From the NCBI GenBank assembly GCA_050015075.1, contig JBEKCB010000006.1, forward strand, positions 1 through 64,000: a DNA stretch of 64,000 nt, given 5' to 3'. Origin of the DNA: Candidatus Brocadiia bacterium. GTDB taxonomy: Bacteria; Planctomycetota; Brocadiia; CAIUPP01. The position numbers and the translations under genes are program-made. The notes below the pieces were generated by a model. It saw only the letters and a program-made list of their open reading frames with translations, did not search any database and was not told the DNA's origin. Below are positions 51,995 to 61,808 of the stretch, in pieces (the stretch's first letter is position 1; every line of letters starts with the position of its first letter).

Positions 51995-53115
51995 GAGAGG
52001 TCCTTCTTCAAAGCGATATCGCGCACGAGGCCGACAATGCGGTTGGCCTCGGACGCGCGATCTCGGAACCATGCCTGCACGCCCCGCTCGTAGGATCGCC
52101 AGGCGTCCTCATCCGTCAACAGCATGCGCGCCGCCTCCACGAGCCGCTCGAAGTCCCCGCCGCAGACGATGCCGGCGTTCCGCTCCGCCAGCGAGCCGCC
52201 TGAATCCACAGAGAGAGAGAGAATGGGCATCCCGGCCTGGGCGGATTGGACGAAAGTCTGAGGGAAGACGCCCTCCGAGGAACTCGTCGAGACAAAGATG
52301 CGATGTTGTGCGAAGAGCGCGTTGGCCTCGTCGAAGGGCAGGCCTTCGTAGAGCATAAGATTGTCCGGCGCGCGTCTTCGCAACCGCGCGATGTCCTGGC
52401 TCGGATCGGGCTGGCAGACGAGGGTGAAGGAGTGACCCGGCAGCCGCGCTGCCAGGTCAACGAAAATGTCCGCGTGCTTGCCCACCGCGTCGCGGCCCAC
52501 CCACAGCGCGCCCGCGCGCGGTCCCTCTGCCGCCGGCGGCGGTGGCGGCAACGGCGCGGGAAAGATCACCGCCGCGCGGCCATACGTGCGCCGGAGAACC
52601 TCGGCCTGCTGCGCGGTATCGCAGGAGAGCGCGCGGGCGTGACGCATGGCGAACTCGTGAAAGCGTCGGGCGAGGGGCGACAACGAGCTGTCGGGCTGGC
52701 CCGAGCATTCCTTGTCGCTGGCGCTGCGGCACATGTGCAGATGAGTTCTCCCCGCCGCAAACGCCGCGAAACTCACCAGGCCGTTGACGCCGCTGGCGCT
52801 CTGCGTGATATACAGGTCGTGCCGCCCCGCCAGCAGGCGCCAGACCAGCCGCGCCAGTTGCGCCGCCGTGAAGTGAGGACCCGGCGACATGCGAATCACG
52901 GGGCGTATCGTCATGCCCGGTTCGCGGCGCACCGGCTGGCCGATGTCCGCCACGTAGAGCGTCACCTCGAACCCGCCCGCCTGCGCCAGAAGCCGGGCGA
53001 TCTGGAGCGACTCCAATTCCGCGCCGCCGAACGGAAATCGGCATCCCGGCTCCGTGAGGGAGCACGCGGCCAGTGAGATAATCCCAACGGAGATCGGAGA
53101 ATCAGGGCGCTTCAT
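51991..53115 (-). CDS. Glycosyltransferase family 4 (GT-B)
   Basis: FGGAE, LWVGR...K, FVSTSSSEG.FP..F..S..AG.P. Confidence 0.8.
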   Translation of the reverse strand: MKRPDSPISVGIISLAACSLTEPGCRFPFGGAELESLQIARLLAQAGGFEVTLYVADIGQPVRREPGMTIRPVIRMSPGPHFTAAQLARLVWRLLAGRHDLYITQSASGVNGLVSFAAFAAGRTHLHMCRSASDKECSGQPDSSLSPLARRFHEFAMRHARALSCDTAQQAEVLRRTYGRAAVIFPAPLPPPPPAAEGPRAGALWVGRDAVGKHADIFVDLAARLPGHSFTLVCQPDPSQDIARLRRRAPDNLMLYEGLPFDEANALFAQHRIFVSTSSSEGVFPQTFVQSAQAGMPILSLSVDSGGSLAERNAGIVCGGDFERLVEAARMLLTDEDAWRSYERGVQAWFRDRASEANRIVGLVRDIALKKDLS

Positions 53116-53580
53116 CTTTCGCAGGCGATCCTCTTCAGGGGCTGAAATTCATGCGTAGCGTAGGTTCCCTGGGAAAAAGAGTCAAGTGGGCGAGGTTCAG
53201 GGCCTCGCGCAAGCGGTTGCGCGCTCTCTTCTGCCGCCCGTTTGTCGGCTATATCCTGTCGCAGTATACTGCCGCAGGATATAGCCGCCCGCTTTAACGC
53301 GAACGGGCTTGGGGCCGCGAACGTCTTTGGCTTTCTTCGCGCTCACTGTCTCCGCTCGTCCCTCGGCTATGTTCTGTCACGGTATACCTCCGTGGAATAT
53401 GGTCACCCGCTTCCGCGAAAAATGGACTTGGGGCCGCGTACCGCTCCGGCTTTCGCCGATCGGCCACGCCGCATGCGTTTTCCTTATCATTTCTTCAACG
53501 CCTTTCCCCGCCGGCGATCGGGGAGCGGAAGAAATGTCACAGCGGAACCGACGCATTTTACGCCCGCGCCGTTATTGTTC

Positions 53581-53609
53581 TTGACAGTGGGATTCACGGC
53601 GGATAGATT
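53581..53609 (+). promoter_or_regulatory. Sigma70-like promoter
   Basis: TTGACA-17 bp-TAGATT upstream of the hydrolase gene. Confidence 0.6.
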
Positions 53610-53663
53610 CCGCTGGTGTGTGTCGCTGGATTCCGAGAATAACCCGCTGCCCACGGAGGTCCT

Positions 53664-55910
53664 ATGTCAAGGATAGCCGCCTTCACCGCTTTGTTGATCC
53701 TGCTTGCGCCCTCGGCGCTGTTCGCGCAGACGCCTGAAGGCCCGGGCACGTGGGCCTTTCAGCCGGCTCGGGACGAGTTCCGGCCCGATGCGTTGCTGGA
53801 CCTGCGCTCGCTCAACGAGAAACAGGCCGGCGAATCGGGGTTCGTGAAGGTGGATGCCAACGGCGATTTCGTCCTCGGCAACGGCGACCCGGTGCGGTTC
53901 TGGGCGGTCAATACGAACGTCGGGCGCGATAAGCCGTTCCACGCCCGGCCGCTCTGGTCGGAGGCCGAGCCGGACCTGGCGCATCACGCCCGGTTCCTGG
54001 CCAAGCGCGGCGTGAACATGGTCCGGTTGCACGCGCACCTCGACCCCGGGCCCAAGGGCAAGCTGACGGAGTTCGATCGGGCCGAGCGCGACTGGATCTG
54101 GCGGGCAGTCGCCGCGATGAAGAAAGAGGGCATCTACGCGACCATCTCGCCGTTCTGGGCTGAGGGCTCCAGCGTCGGCCCGAGCTGGGGCATTCCCGGC
54201 GTGACGAAGGAGCAGAGCGCCGCCAGCCTGCTCTTCTTCGACCCGACGATGCAGGAAGGTTACCGGGCCTGGCTGAAAGCCCTCTACGCCGAGACGAACC
54301 CTTACACCGGCATCCCGCTGGCGAAGGACCCGGCGGTCGCGATCATCCAGCTTCAGAATGAGGACAGCCTGCTGTTCTGGACGTTCAACAGCATCCAGGG
54401 CGAGCAGCGGCGACGGCTCTCCAGGCTGTTCGGCGATTTCCTCAAGAGCAAATACGGCTCGCTGGACAAGGCGAAGCCGGCGTGGGGCGGCGCCGACAAC
54501 AAGGATGACGACCTCGCCGACGGCGTCGTCGCGCTGGACAATATCTGGGAACTGACCCAGGAGCGCAGCGGCGCGCGGGCCCGGCGGCTGGCCGATATGA
54601 CCGAGTTCCTCAGCCGGACGATGGACGACTTCAACCGGAAGATGGAGAAATTCCTCCGCGAGGAACTCGGCTGCAAACAGCTCATCAACGCGGGCAACTG
54701 GCAAACGGCCGACATGGTCAAGCTCAACGATGCGGAGCGGTGGAGCTATACGGCCAACCAGGTGCTGGCGGTCAACCGCTATTTCGACGGGATTCATATC
54801 GGCAAAAACAACGGCTGGGCGATCGAAAACGGAGACCAGTTCACGTCGCCCTCGGTGCTCCTCGAGCCGAGGCAACTGCCGGTCAGCCTCAAGCTGGTCA
54901 AGGGATTCCCGATGATGGTCACCGAGTCCGCCTGGGTCATGCCGGACGCGCACGCGAGCGAGGGGCCGTTCCTGGTGGCGGCTTACCAGTCGCTGTCCGG
55001 CGTGGACGCCTACTTCTGGTTCGCCACCGACACCGACGAATGGACTCCGCCGCAGTCGGCCAACGGCTACATGCCGTCGCAGGGCAAATGGCTGTTCGCC
55101 AACCCGGACATGCTGGGCGGTTTCCCGGCGGCCGCGTTGATGTATCGCATGGGCTACGTTCGCCGCGGAGAGCCGGTGGTGCACGAGGAGCGGTCGCTGG
55201 AGAACATTTTCCAGCGGCGCGACCCGATCATCGCGGAAGGCGCCGGGTTCGATCCCAACCGCAACTCCGGGAACATCGCCCCGGACTCGTCGGTCAAGGG
55301 AGGCGTCAACCCGCTGGCATTCCTGGCCGGCCGGGTGGAAGTCGTCTATGGCGGGCAGCCGCAGGCCAGCAAGGTGGCCGATCTGAAGCCGTTCATTGAC
55401 GAACCGAACAAGGAAGTGCGCAGCGTCACCGGCGAGCTGACGTTCAACTACGGCAAGGGCTTCTGCCTGCTGAACGCGCCGAAAGCCCAGGGCGTCGCGG
55501 CGTTCTTCAAGAACCGGAAGGACTTCAAGACTGACGACGTCGAGATCGCCTCCGACAACGATTACGGAACCGTGCTCGTCGTCTCGATGGACGACAAGCC
55601 GATCCGCGAATCCGGCAAGCTGCTCGTGCAGACGACGACGCAGTGCCGGCCGACCGGCTGGCGGGAGAAACCGGTCACGATCAAAGTGAAAGAAGGCACT
55701 TTCCCCGGCTTCGAGGTCGTCAATTTCGGCAAGGCGCCCTGGCAGGTGACGCGAGCCCGAGTCACGCTGACCATCCACAACCCCAGCCTGGCCAAGGCGA
55801 CGGTGCTTGACGCCAACGGCAATGCCGCCGGGGAAGCCAAGTTGGAGAGACGAGGCGACGAGGTCGAGTTCAGGTTTCCGGAAAACGCCTTGTACGTCAT
55901 CCTCCAATGA
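53664..55910 (+). CDS. Secreted clan GH-A (GH5-like) glycoside hydrolase
   Basis: Signal peptide; VRFWAVN, GVNMVRLH, NPYTG..LAKDPA, QNED (acid/base), VTE (nucleophile). Confidence 0.75.
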   Translation: MSRIAAFTALLILLAPSALFAQTPEGPGTWAFQPARDEFRPDALLDLRSLNEKQAGESGFVKVDANGDFVLGNGDPVRFWAVNTNVGRDKPFHARPLWSEAEPDLAHHARFLAKRGVNMVRLHAHLDPGPKGKLTEFDRAERDWIWRAVAAMKKEGIYATISPFWAEGSSVGPSWGIPGVTKEQSAASLLFFDPTMQEGYRAWLKALYAETNPYTGIPLAKDPAVAIIQLQNEDSLLFWTFNSIQGEQRRRLSRLFGDFLKSKYGSLDKAKPAWGGADNKDDDLADGVVALDNIWELTQERSGARARRLADMTEFLSRTMDDFNRKMEKFLREELGCKQLINAGNWQTADMVKLNDAERWSYTANQVLAVNRYFDGIHIGKNNGWAIENGDQFTSPSVLLEPRQLPVSLKLVKGFPMMVTESAWVMPDAHASEGPFLVAAYQSLSGVDAYFWFATDTDEWTPPQSANGYMPSQGKWLFANPDMLGGFPAAALMYRMGYVRRGEPVVHEERSLENIFQRRDPIIAEGAGFDPNRNSGNIAPDSSVKGGVNPLAFLAGRVEVVYGGQPQASKVADLKPFIDEPNKEVRSVTGELTFNYGKGFCLLNAPKAQGVAAFFKNRKDFKTDDVEIASDNDYGTVLVVSMDDKPIRESGKLLVQTTTQCRPTGWREKPVTIKVKEGTFPGFEVVNFGKAPWQVTRARVTLTIHNPSLAKATVLDANGNAAGEAKLERRGDEVEFRFPENALYVILQ

Positions 55911-56005
55911 CGGACCGTCTCGAAGATTCAGTTGGCATGTTCGGGAATGCCATGAAATGACTTGAAGTGGCTGTGCATCCGGATTATGCTGATGAGATGC
56001 CTGCA

Positions 56006-56206
56006 ATGAAGAAAGAATACGACTTCTCAAAGGGCCAACGCGGCAAGTTCTGCCGGCGTGACGCACGCTTCAATCTGCCAATCTATCTTGAAAAGGACGT
56101 GCGCAAATTCGTCGAGGGGATTGCAGGCAAGAAGAAGCGGGACGTATCCACGGTCGTAAACGACCTTCTCAAGTCGGACATGCGGCTTGCGAAAGCCATA
56201 AAGTGA
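56006..56206 (+). CDS. BrnA/CopG-like antitoxin (orphan)
   Basis: MKKEYDFSKGQRGKF...IYLEKDV...VNDLL. Confidence 0.7.
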   Translation: MKKEYDFSKGQRGKFCRRDARFNLPIYLEKDVRKFVEGIAGKKKRDVSTVVNDLLKSDMRLAKAIK

Positions 56207-56302
56207 GATGGTCGCGGGCACCCGCTCTTCGCAGCTCCGCTGCTTCGGCGGGCGGAGAAGAGTCGGGCTGGGTATGATGTTCATGCAGAGGAAGGCTGAG
56301 AC

Positions 56303-56569
56303 ATGGGCAAGCAGTATCAGGAATTTGCGATCAACTACTATCAGGACGCAGACGGCATTTTCACCGCCCAGGTTCCCGCCATTCGCGGCTGCGTAGCTTC
56401 AGGGAGGACGCTTGAGGAAGCCTACCGGAATGCGGCGGATGCCATCGAGAGTTGCCTGGAGGCGCGCGCCAAAGTGGCGGCAACGGCCCCGCTGTCCATG
56501 CTAGTCCCGAGCGCCCTCCTCGTTGGCCCGCAACCTTTCAAGAATCATCGCAGCAACTTCAGGCGCTGA
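56303..56569 (+). CDS. hicB: HicB-family antitoxin (orphan)
   Basis: DADG.FTAQVP.IRGCVASG.TLEEA..N..DAIE; 3' end overlaps the convergent TIR gene. Confidence 0.8.
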   Translation: MGKQYQEFAINYYQDADGIFTAQVPAIRGCVASGRTLEEAYRNAADAIESCLEARAKVAATAPLSMLVPSALLVGPQPFKNHRSNFRR

Positions 56570-57493
56570 AAATTGTTGGATGTCAATATAACCGTCAATT
56601 CCGTATAGGCCATCTATTTGCGCTTCGTCAAAGCGGAAGAACATAATGGCAGAACTCTCACGTTTCTTCATCAGGTCTCGGATAGGCCGCCACTCAAGCC
56701 CACACCATTCTTTCTTTTGATAATCGGCACAAAGGAACACGGCTATCAACTCAGATTGCTCGTGGTATAGACGCTGTAAGTACGTGTCGAGATTAGGGCG
56801 CGCAAACTCCGGTTTGTGATATTTATCGTAAAGGATCCGTTTCCTTCCCAATACTCTACCAAGGTCTTCCGCGACCATCTGCACGAAAGCGCGCCGCTCG
56901 CCGGGAAAGGATAGACCGACTGCAAATCTCTTTCTCTGCTTGGCATCCTCTTTGCACGACGCTGGCGCTACAGCGGCCGGCGGCGTTACGCATGGCGAAG
57001 GCGCGACGGCTTCGCGTTCACGAAGCGCCTTACTGAACTCCCGTAAATTTTCCAGAATCGGGCCGGCCTGGGCTGTAGGCTTTGGTAGTATGCCGAGTTC
57101 TCTCCGAATCCCTGGCTCCCAATCAGCCGCCCGCCGATAATCCGAAGCGAGAAGCGAAAGCCCGCAAAAAAAATCTTCAATGTCGGAAGTCCCAGATTCC
57201 CCCCTCACACAAGCAAGAACCTTATCCAATTGGCGTTGCGCTCGCGTCCGCCGCACCTCGTCCATATCATCTTCACTGACAACGCTGTACTCAGCCGCCG
57301 GAAGGCAGCTATGTCTAGGTTCTTCTTTGAAGTGTGTTGCCAAGCGGTCGGCGATGGCCTTGGAATCGGTAACATAGAAGACGTGGGGCATTCCAGGGAT
57401 GTCGGGAACCTTATCCATGCCTCTTCCCTGCATCTGGGGAACCGGCGAACAGGCTATGAGGAGGTATCGCCCGGCGCTCCTTTCCTTGCTCAT
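56501..57493 (-). CDS. TIR-domain protein with an unknown N-terminal domain
   Basis: FAVGLSFPGERRAFV..VA..L, YDKY, VFLCADY.KKEWCGLEW (WxxxE catalytic Glu). Start taken as ATG 57493, overlapping the R-M stop. Confidence 0.85.
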   Translation of the reverse strand: MSKERSAGRYLLIACSPVPQMQGRGMDKVPDIPGMPHVFYVTDSKAIADRLATHFKEEPRHSCLPAAEYSVVSEDDMDEVRRTRAQRQLDKVLACVRGESGTSDIEDFFCGLSLLASDYRRAADWEPGIRRELGILPKPTAQAGPILENLREFSKALREREAVAPSPCVTPPAAVAPASCKEDAKQRKRFAVGLSFPGERRAFVQMVAEDLGRVLGRKRILYDKYHKPEFARPNLDTYLQRLYHEQSELIAVFLCADYQKKEWCGLEWRPIRDLMKKRESSAIMFFRFDEAQIDGLYGIDGYIDIQQFSAPEVAAMILERLRANEEGARD

Positions 57494-60400
57494 GCCTTCG
57501 CCCCCGCTTCGGCTACGCCCGGCCAAGCGTAAGCGTGGCTCTTGGCAATCGTGTAGTTGGCGTCCAGCGTCGGTTGCAGAAGGACGATCCGCGCCAGCCG
57601 GCGCGCCATCGCGGTCACTTCGCGGGCTTCTTCGGCCTTCAACGCGCGGCCGAGCAATTCCTGTTCGCGGTAGCTGAGCCACTTCTTGATAACCTGATAC
57701 CCGCCGATGTAATACTCCCACACTTTCGCGGGGATGTTCTTCCAGTAGGCTACGTCATTCAGGTACACGTCTGTTGTGTCCGCGCCCAACAGCGCAATGG
57801 CCTTGCTCAGTGAAAGCCCGCGCGCTTCGGCGGCGTTGCGCAACGCTTCCAATTCGGCCTTGTCATACGGACGTTGCACAATCCGCCCCTTGGCCGGCAT
57901 GGTGACACCTTCCTTGCCCGCGTGCCCCCAACCGGCGGTTACGGCGAGGTCCGCCGCGTCCGGGTCCAAATTGCCGCCGCCCACTTTCGTCAGTAAGCCT
58001 ACGGTTCGGAAGATCGGCTCCAACTTGCCGGACGTGACGCCTGTTACTTCGGCTTCGGTATCGAGCAACGCCGCCAATTGCCGGCCCAAGGCGGCGGACG
58101 CTTCCAGCGTCTTGCGCGAATCGGGAAGCGGAATGCGCGGCCAGTCGCGCCGGATTCCGTCGGCGTTTTCGGCTAGGTACGCCGGGCTGTATCCCACGGC
58201 CAGGGCGTGAAGCCAGATTGTACCTGCCGCGTCCGCGCCGGCGTCAGGGTCATTGATTCCCAATCCGGCCAGGTACGCGCGCGCGGCGGAGGAAAGATTC
58301 GCCGTCGGCTCGGAAGGCCCACTTGCATCATGGAATAGTCCCTTTGCTCTCCCGGCCTCCTTCTGCAAGCGGATCGGCACGAAATAAGCGTCTGTGTGCA
58401 GAACGTGTTGGTCGGCGATATGGCCAACCAAGTGGAAAGTCGCGCCATCCGGCGCCTTCGCCGCGTGGCAGCGGATCAGAAGAAACCTGTTTCCATGCCA
58501 CGCTTGAGCCAGAAGTTCCGGGCGCACGCGGTTCCACAAGTTAGCGATTCGCTCAATATACGCCCACCGCAGGTCAAATGGTTTGAAAAGAAAACGCGCG
58601 ATGTTGCTGTCCCGGAATCCGCTCGCGGTCAACAATCGCTTGCGAACATCGGCCGCGCAGAATCCGGCCGCATCGGTTGTCAGCCCGGCGTGTAGGCGGG
58701 CAACATCTTCAAGTGCAACATTGGCGGCATAGTATGCCTTCATCCGGTCCGCAATGGTTTCTTTCTCAATTGCGTGAGTTCCTTGCTTCCTGTTATCATT
58801 CAATCCAAGCAAAGGTTCAGCTTCCGCCAACTCTACAACGGCGGGCCACGCCAAGTATCCTGTTGCGGTTTCGATTGGGCGGAATGAATAGGCATTCTCA
58901 TTACGTGGCTCGGCTTGCGTGTAGGCTGCATCAAATCGCTTAGCGTCCAAGGTGGCAAGTAGCTGGTGACGACGTTCTTCGGCTTTTGCCGCTTCCACGT
59001 CGTTTCGGAAAAGGACTTGCGCCTGCCCGCCAGCCTTGCGCGGCTTGCCGGTCTTGACCCATAGCGACGTTGCTACCCCCTGTTGTATGCCAGAAGAAAA
59101 GCCTCGAATCGCAAAGACGGTTTCACTCGTGCGTCCGTCCGAAGCGTACTCGGAAATCCTGCGGTCGCCGTGAAGGTTCTCAATCCAGAAGCGGTCGAAG
59201 GAATCCAGCAGGTGCTTGCGAAGGACCACAAACGACGGCTCACCCGTCCAAGATTGATTAGAGATGAAGGACACAACGCCCTTGCCACTCATCTCAGCAA
59301 TGCGCCTCTCGGCCAGGCGGAAGAAGCGAACGTACAAGTCGTCAAGGTAGTTCTTCGTTATCCCCCATTCCTTCAATCCCGCCTTGTACGGTTCAATCAG
59401 TCTTGCTTCTTCATCAAGTGCGACGCCTGCGAAACCGTTATATGGCGGGTTGCCCAGGACAACGAGTATCTTCCTGTCGCGCTTGACGTGTTCGGCGGCA
59501 TCCTTTTCCTGTTGCAGTTCTTCCATGAACCCCAAGACAGTTTGCTTCGGCTCCTTGGGCGGTTCCCAGCCGGTCAGGGCATTGGTCAGGTACACACCGA
59601 CGCGTTCATTGCTCTTGGCGGAGAGCGGAACGCCGAGTCTGTGAAGCAGCAATCCCAATTGCAAGTGCGATACGACGAAGGGTGCGGGGAGAATCTCAAA
59701 GCCGAATACCCGCGTCATGGCGGCCTTCTTCAAGTCCGAAGCAATCAGGGCGTCGCCGCCCTTGGCCTTCAGCGTTTCGGCAATCTTCTTCAGCACTTCC
59801 ACCAGGTACGCCGCAGTGCCGCAACAGGGGTCTAGCACGACAACGTTGGGATCGGCCAAGCCGTCGGCCAGGCCCAATTCTTCGCGCAGGACGGTATCCA
59901 CGCGAGCGACCTGGTATTGCACGATTTCGGGCGGCGTAAACCATACGCCCAATTCCTTCCGCAACTCCGGGTCGAAAGCTTCAAGGAACGGCTCATAGAA
60001 ATACTGGACGGCATGTTCGCCCTGAAACTTCTGGAAGAAGACGGCGCGGTCCACGCGGTTCAAGGCCCCGGTTGTCCAGTCCAGGACTTCCACAAGCTCC
60101 AGGTCGCCCAACTTTCTGGGCGTGGCGATCTGTTCATACAGGGCGCGGATGAAGGGGACGCGCAAGGAAAAAGCGCTCTCATGCCAGTTGAAGGCGTCTT
60201 CGCGCTCCGGGCGCTCCCTATGCCAGAGCACCCAGGCCGAAAAGACGCCGTAGAAGATCGTCTGAACCAATGTTGAGCGGAAGAAATGCGCGCCCTTTTC
60301 CCCTGTGAACTTCATTCCCAGGGCTTCTTCAAGCGCGCCGCGCACGGCGTCCAGGGCGGACAAGTCCTTGTGGTTTTCGACGCGGGCCCTGGCGTCGCGC

Positions 60401-61035
60401 GCGTAGGAAGCCAGAAACCAGGCCAGGTCTTGCGGGGCGGACAGGGGCGCGACGGACAGCATAACGCGCTTCAGGTATTCGCAGAAACGCGCGCCTTGCG
60501 CGGCTTCCTTTTGAGCGTCCTTTTCCTCCGCTGCTTTGCGCGGCTGTGCAGCCAATTTCCAAAAAGCCGACGCAGACTCGGCCAGCGTGAAGCGTTCCGC
60601 TGGAAGCGGATTACTTTGAGCGTCTCGCCCAAGCAACAGGAAATCGCGGTAATTCGTCACGAGTACAACGCCGTACTTCGCGGAGTACCGCTTGACCTGT
60701 TCGCTTTCGGCAACCTTCGTCACGTCCTCGGCCGGGCCTTTGACTTCCACCACGCCACGGGCGGGAAGTTGGCCTTGCATCCCCGGCGCGGTACTCCGCG
60801 CCATTGGGTTTGGATCATTCTTGCGAATCTGGTCCGCCGTGAAAAGGCCGAAGTCCGGTAAGCCCGCGCCCGAATCAGCCGGCGTCTGGACGCAGCGGAC
60901 CTTGGGCTTGAGGGTCTTGCCGATTTCGTCCAACAGATTCGACAAGGCAGGATAATATGACGTTTCGTCGGTAGCGGCCCCGGTATCGTGAATGTCGCGC
61001 ATGTGCTTCAGGTAGGCTTCAAGCGGATTCGTCAC
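57490..61035 (-). CDS. Single-chain Type IIG/ISP-like restriction-modification enzyme (nuclease, N6-adenine MTase, ISP-type specificity domain; no helicase)
   Basis: ETSYYPAL, PD...EVK, LVTNYRDF, YFYEPFL.AFD..LR..LGVWFTP, DPCCGT, GNPPY, VWEYYIGGYQVIKKWL; GTG start assumed. Confidence 0.85.
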   Translation of the reverse strand: MTNPLEAYLKHMRDIHDTGAATDETSYYPALSNLLDEIGKTLKPKVRCVQTPADSGAGLPDFGLFTADQIRKNDPNPMARSTAPGMQGQLPARGVVEVKGPAEDVTKVAESEQVKRYSAKYGVVLVTNYRDFLLLGRDAQSNPLPAERFTLAESASAFWKLAAQPRKAAEEKDAQKEAAQGARFCEYLKRVMLSVAPLSAPQDLAWFLASYARDARARVENHKDLSALDAVRGALEEALGMKFTGEKGAHFFRSTLVQTIFYGVFSAWVLWHRERPEREDAFNWHESAFSLRVPFIRALYEQIATPRKLGDLELVEVLDWTTGALNRVDRAVFFQKFQGEHAVQYFYEPFLEAFDPELRKELGVWFTPPEIVQYQVARVDTVLREELGLADGLADPNVVVLDPCCGTAAYLVEVLKKIAETLKAKGGDALIASDLKKAAMTRVFGFEILPAPFVVSHLQLGLLLHRLGVPLSAKSNERVGVYLTNALTGWEPPKEPKQTVLGFMEELQQEKDAAEHVKRDRKILVVLGNPPYNGFAGVALDEEARLIEPYKAGLKEWGITKNYLDDLYVRFFRLAERRIAEMSGKGVVSFISNQSWTGEPSFVVLRKHLLDSFDRFWIENLHGDRRISEYASDGRTSETVFAIRGFSSGIQQGVATSLWVKTGKPRKAGGQAQVLFRNDVEAAKAEERRHQLLATLDAKRFDAAYTQAEPRNENAYSFRPIETATGYLAWPAVVELAEAEPLLGLNDNRKQGTHAIEKETIADRMKAYYAANVALEDVARLHAGLTTDAAGFCAADVRKRLLTASGFRDSNIARFLFKPFDLRWAYIERIANLWNRVRPELLAQAWHGNRFLLIRCHAAKAPDGATFHLVGHIADQHVLHTDAYFVPIRLQKEAGRAKGLFHDASGPSEPTANLSSAARAYLAGLGINDPDAGADAAGTIWLHALAVGYSPAYLAENADGIRRDWPRIPLPDSRKTLEASAALGRQLAALLDTEAEVTGVTSGKLEPIFRTVGLLTKVGGGNLDPDAADLAVTAGWGHAGKEGVTMPAKGRIVQRPYDKAELEALRNAAEARGLSLSKAIALLGADTTDVYLNDVAYWKNIPAKVWEYYIGGYQVIKKWLSYREQELLGRALKAEEAREVTAMARRLARIVLLQPTLDANYTIAKSHAYAWPGVAEAGAKA

Positions 61036-61195
61036 GGCGTTGCACCCTCGCGTCTGCAACCTCGCGTGAAAAGCAGGCGGGGCGGAAAGCCGTGCGAGTT
61101 CCGACGGATCGGGTCGCGTTCCCTATCCGCCCCGTGTGAGGATTCTACAATTCCCCGCCCGAAAATGCTACCCGGCGTCAAGAGACAGGGCATGT

Positions 61196-61577
61196 TCCGG
61201 GGAAACCCTATTTCCTCCGCCTTCGCATGCCGCGAAAACGAGGCCTGGGCGATTGTCCCAGGCTGATACACGCGATTGGATTCGTTTTTTCAGATGGACT
61301 TGTCGCGCCAAGAGGTCGTTCGTCGGCCTTCGCGAAGCTGCGTCAATGGAGCGGGGATTTAGCGGCATGCGGGGGCCGATGCGGCATCATTCCGGCTCCT
61401 TACGGCGGCATTACGACGGCATGAAAGCGGCATGGTTGTAGTCCGGGGAAATAAACCCTATTTGCTCCGCCTTCGCGTGATGGCGTCAATGAAGAGGGGA
61501 TTTGGCGGCATGCGGAGGCCGAGACGACATCATTCCGGCTCCTCACGGCGGCATGGCGACGGCATGAAAGCGGCATG
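61196..61577. repeat. Imperfect tandem/dispersed repeats (about 108-bp unit at 61327 and 61470; 24-bp unit at 61203 and 61453)
   Basis: CCTTCGCG..CGTCAATG..GGGGATTT.GCGGCATGCGG.GGCCGA..CATCATTCCGGCTCCT.ACGGCGGCAT..CGACGGCATGAAAGCG occurs twice; AAACCCTATTT(C/G)CTCCGCCTTCGC occurs twice. Confidence 0.8.
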
Positions 61578-61597
61578 ACTATCAGAATGAGTCTGAT

Positions 61598-61613
61598 TGT
61601 TCCACGTGAAACA
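61598..61613. promoter_or_regulatory. parS centromere site
   Basis: TGTTCCACGTGAAACA matches the parS consensus TGTTNCACGTGAAACA; intergenic. Confidence 0.8.
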
Positions 61614-61658
61614 ATTTATAACTTATCTTATGTTCCTGATCCTGCAATGGCGGACTGC

Positions 61659-61795
61659 GGGCTGTTGAAAAAGGCCATTGCCGCGTCTTCGCCGCGTCAT
61701 TCCCGCGAAAGCGGGAATCCAGATCATTGCGCGGTGGGGCGAATTTTGGATTCCCGCTTTCGCGGGAATGACAAAGCGACTTTTATAGCGGCCCT
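61659..61795. mobile_element. Candidate MITE enclosing a double ATTCCC-N8-GGGAAT palindrome
   Basis: Imperfect 17-bp TIRs (12/17), flanking ACTGC at 61654 and 61796, inner hairpin at 61696-61772. Confidence 0.45.
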
Positions 61796-61808
61796 ACTGC
61801 CCGCCGCT

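Noticed and set aside
53667-56066. 799-aa minus-strand ORF
   Set aside because: Antisense shadow of the glycoside hydrolase.
56501-57493. Thoeris or CBASS assignment for the TIR gene
   Set aside because: No SIR2/Macro ThsA, CD-NTase or STING/SAVED partner nearby.
57490-61035. Full Type ISP enzyme or BREX PglX
   Set aside because: No SF2 helicase motifs seen and no brx/pgl genes adjacent.
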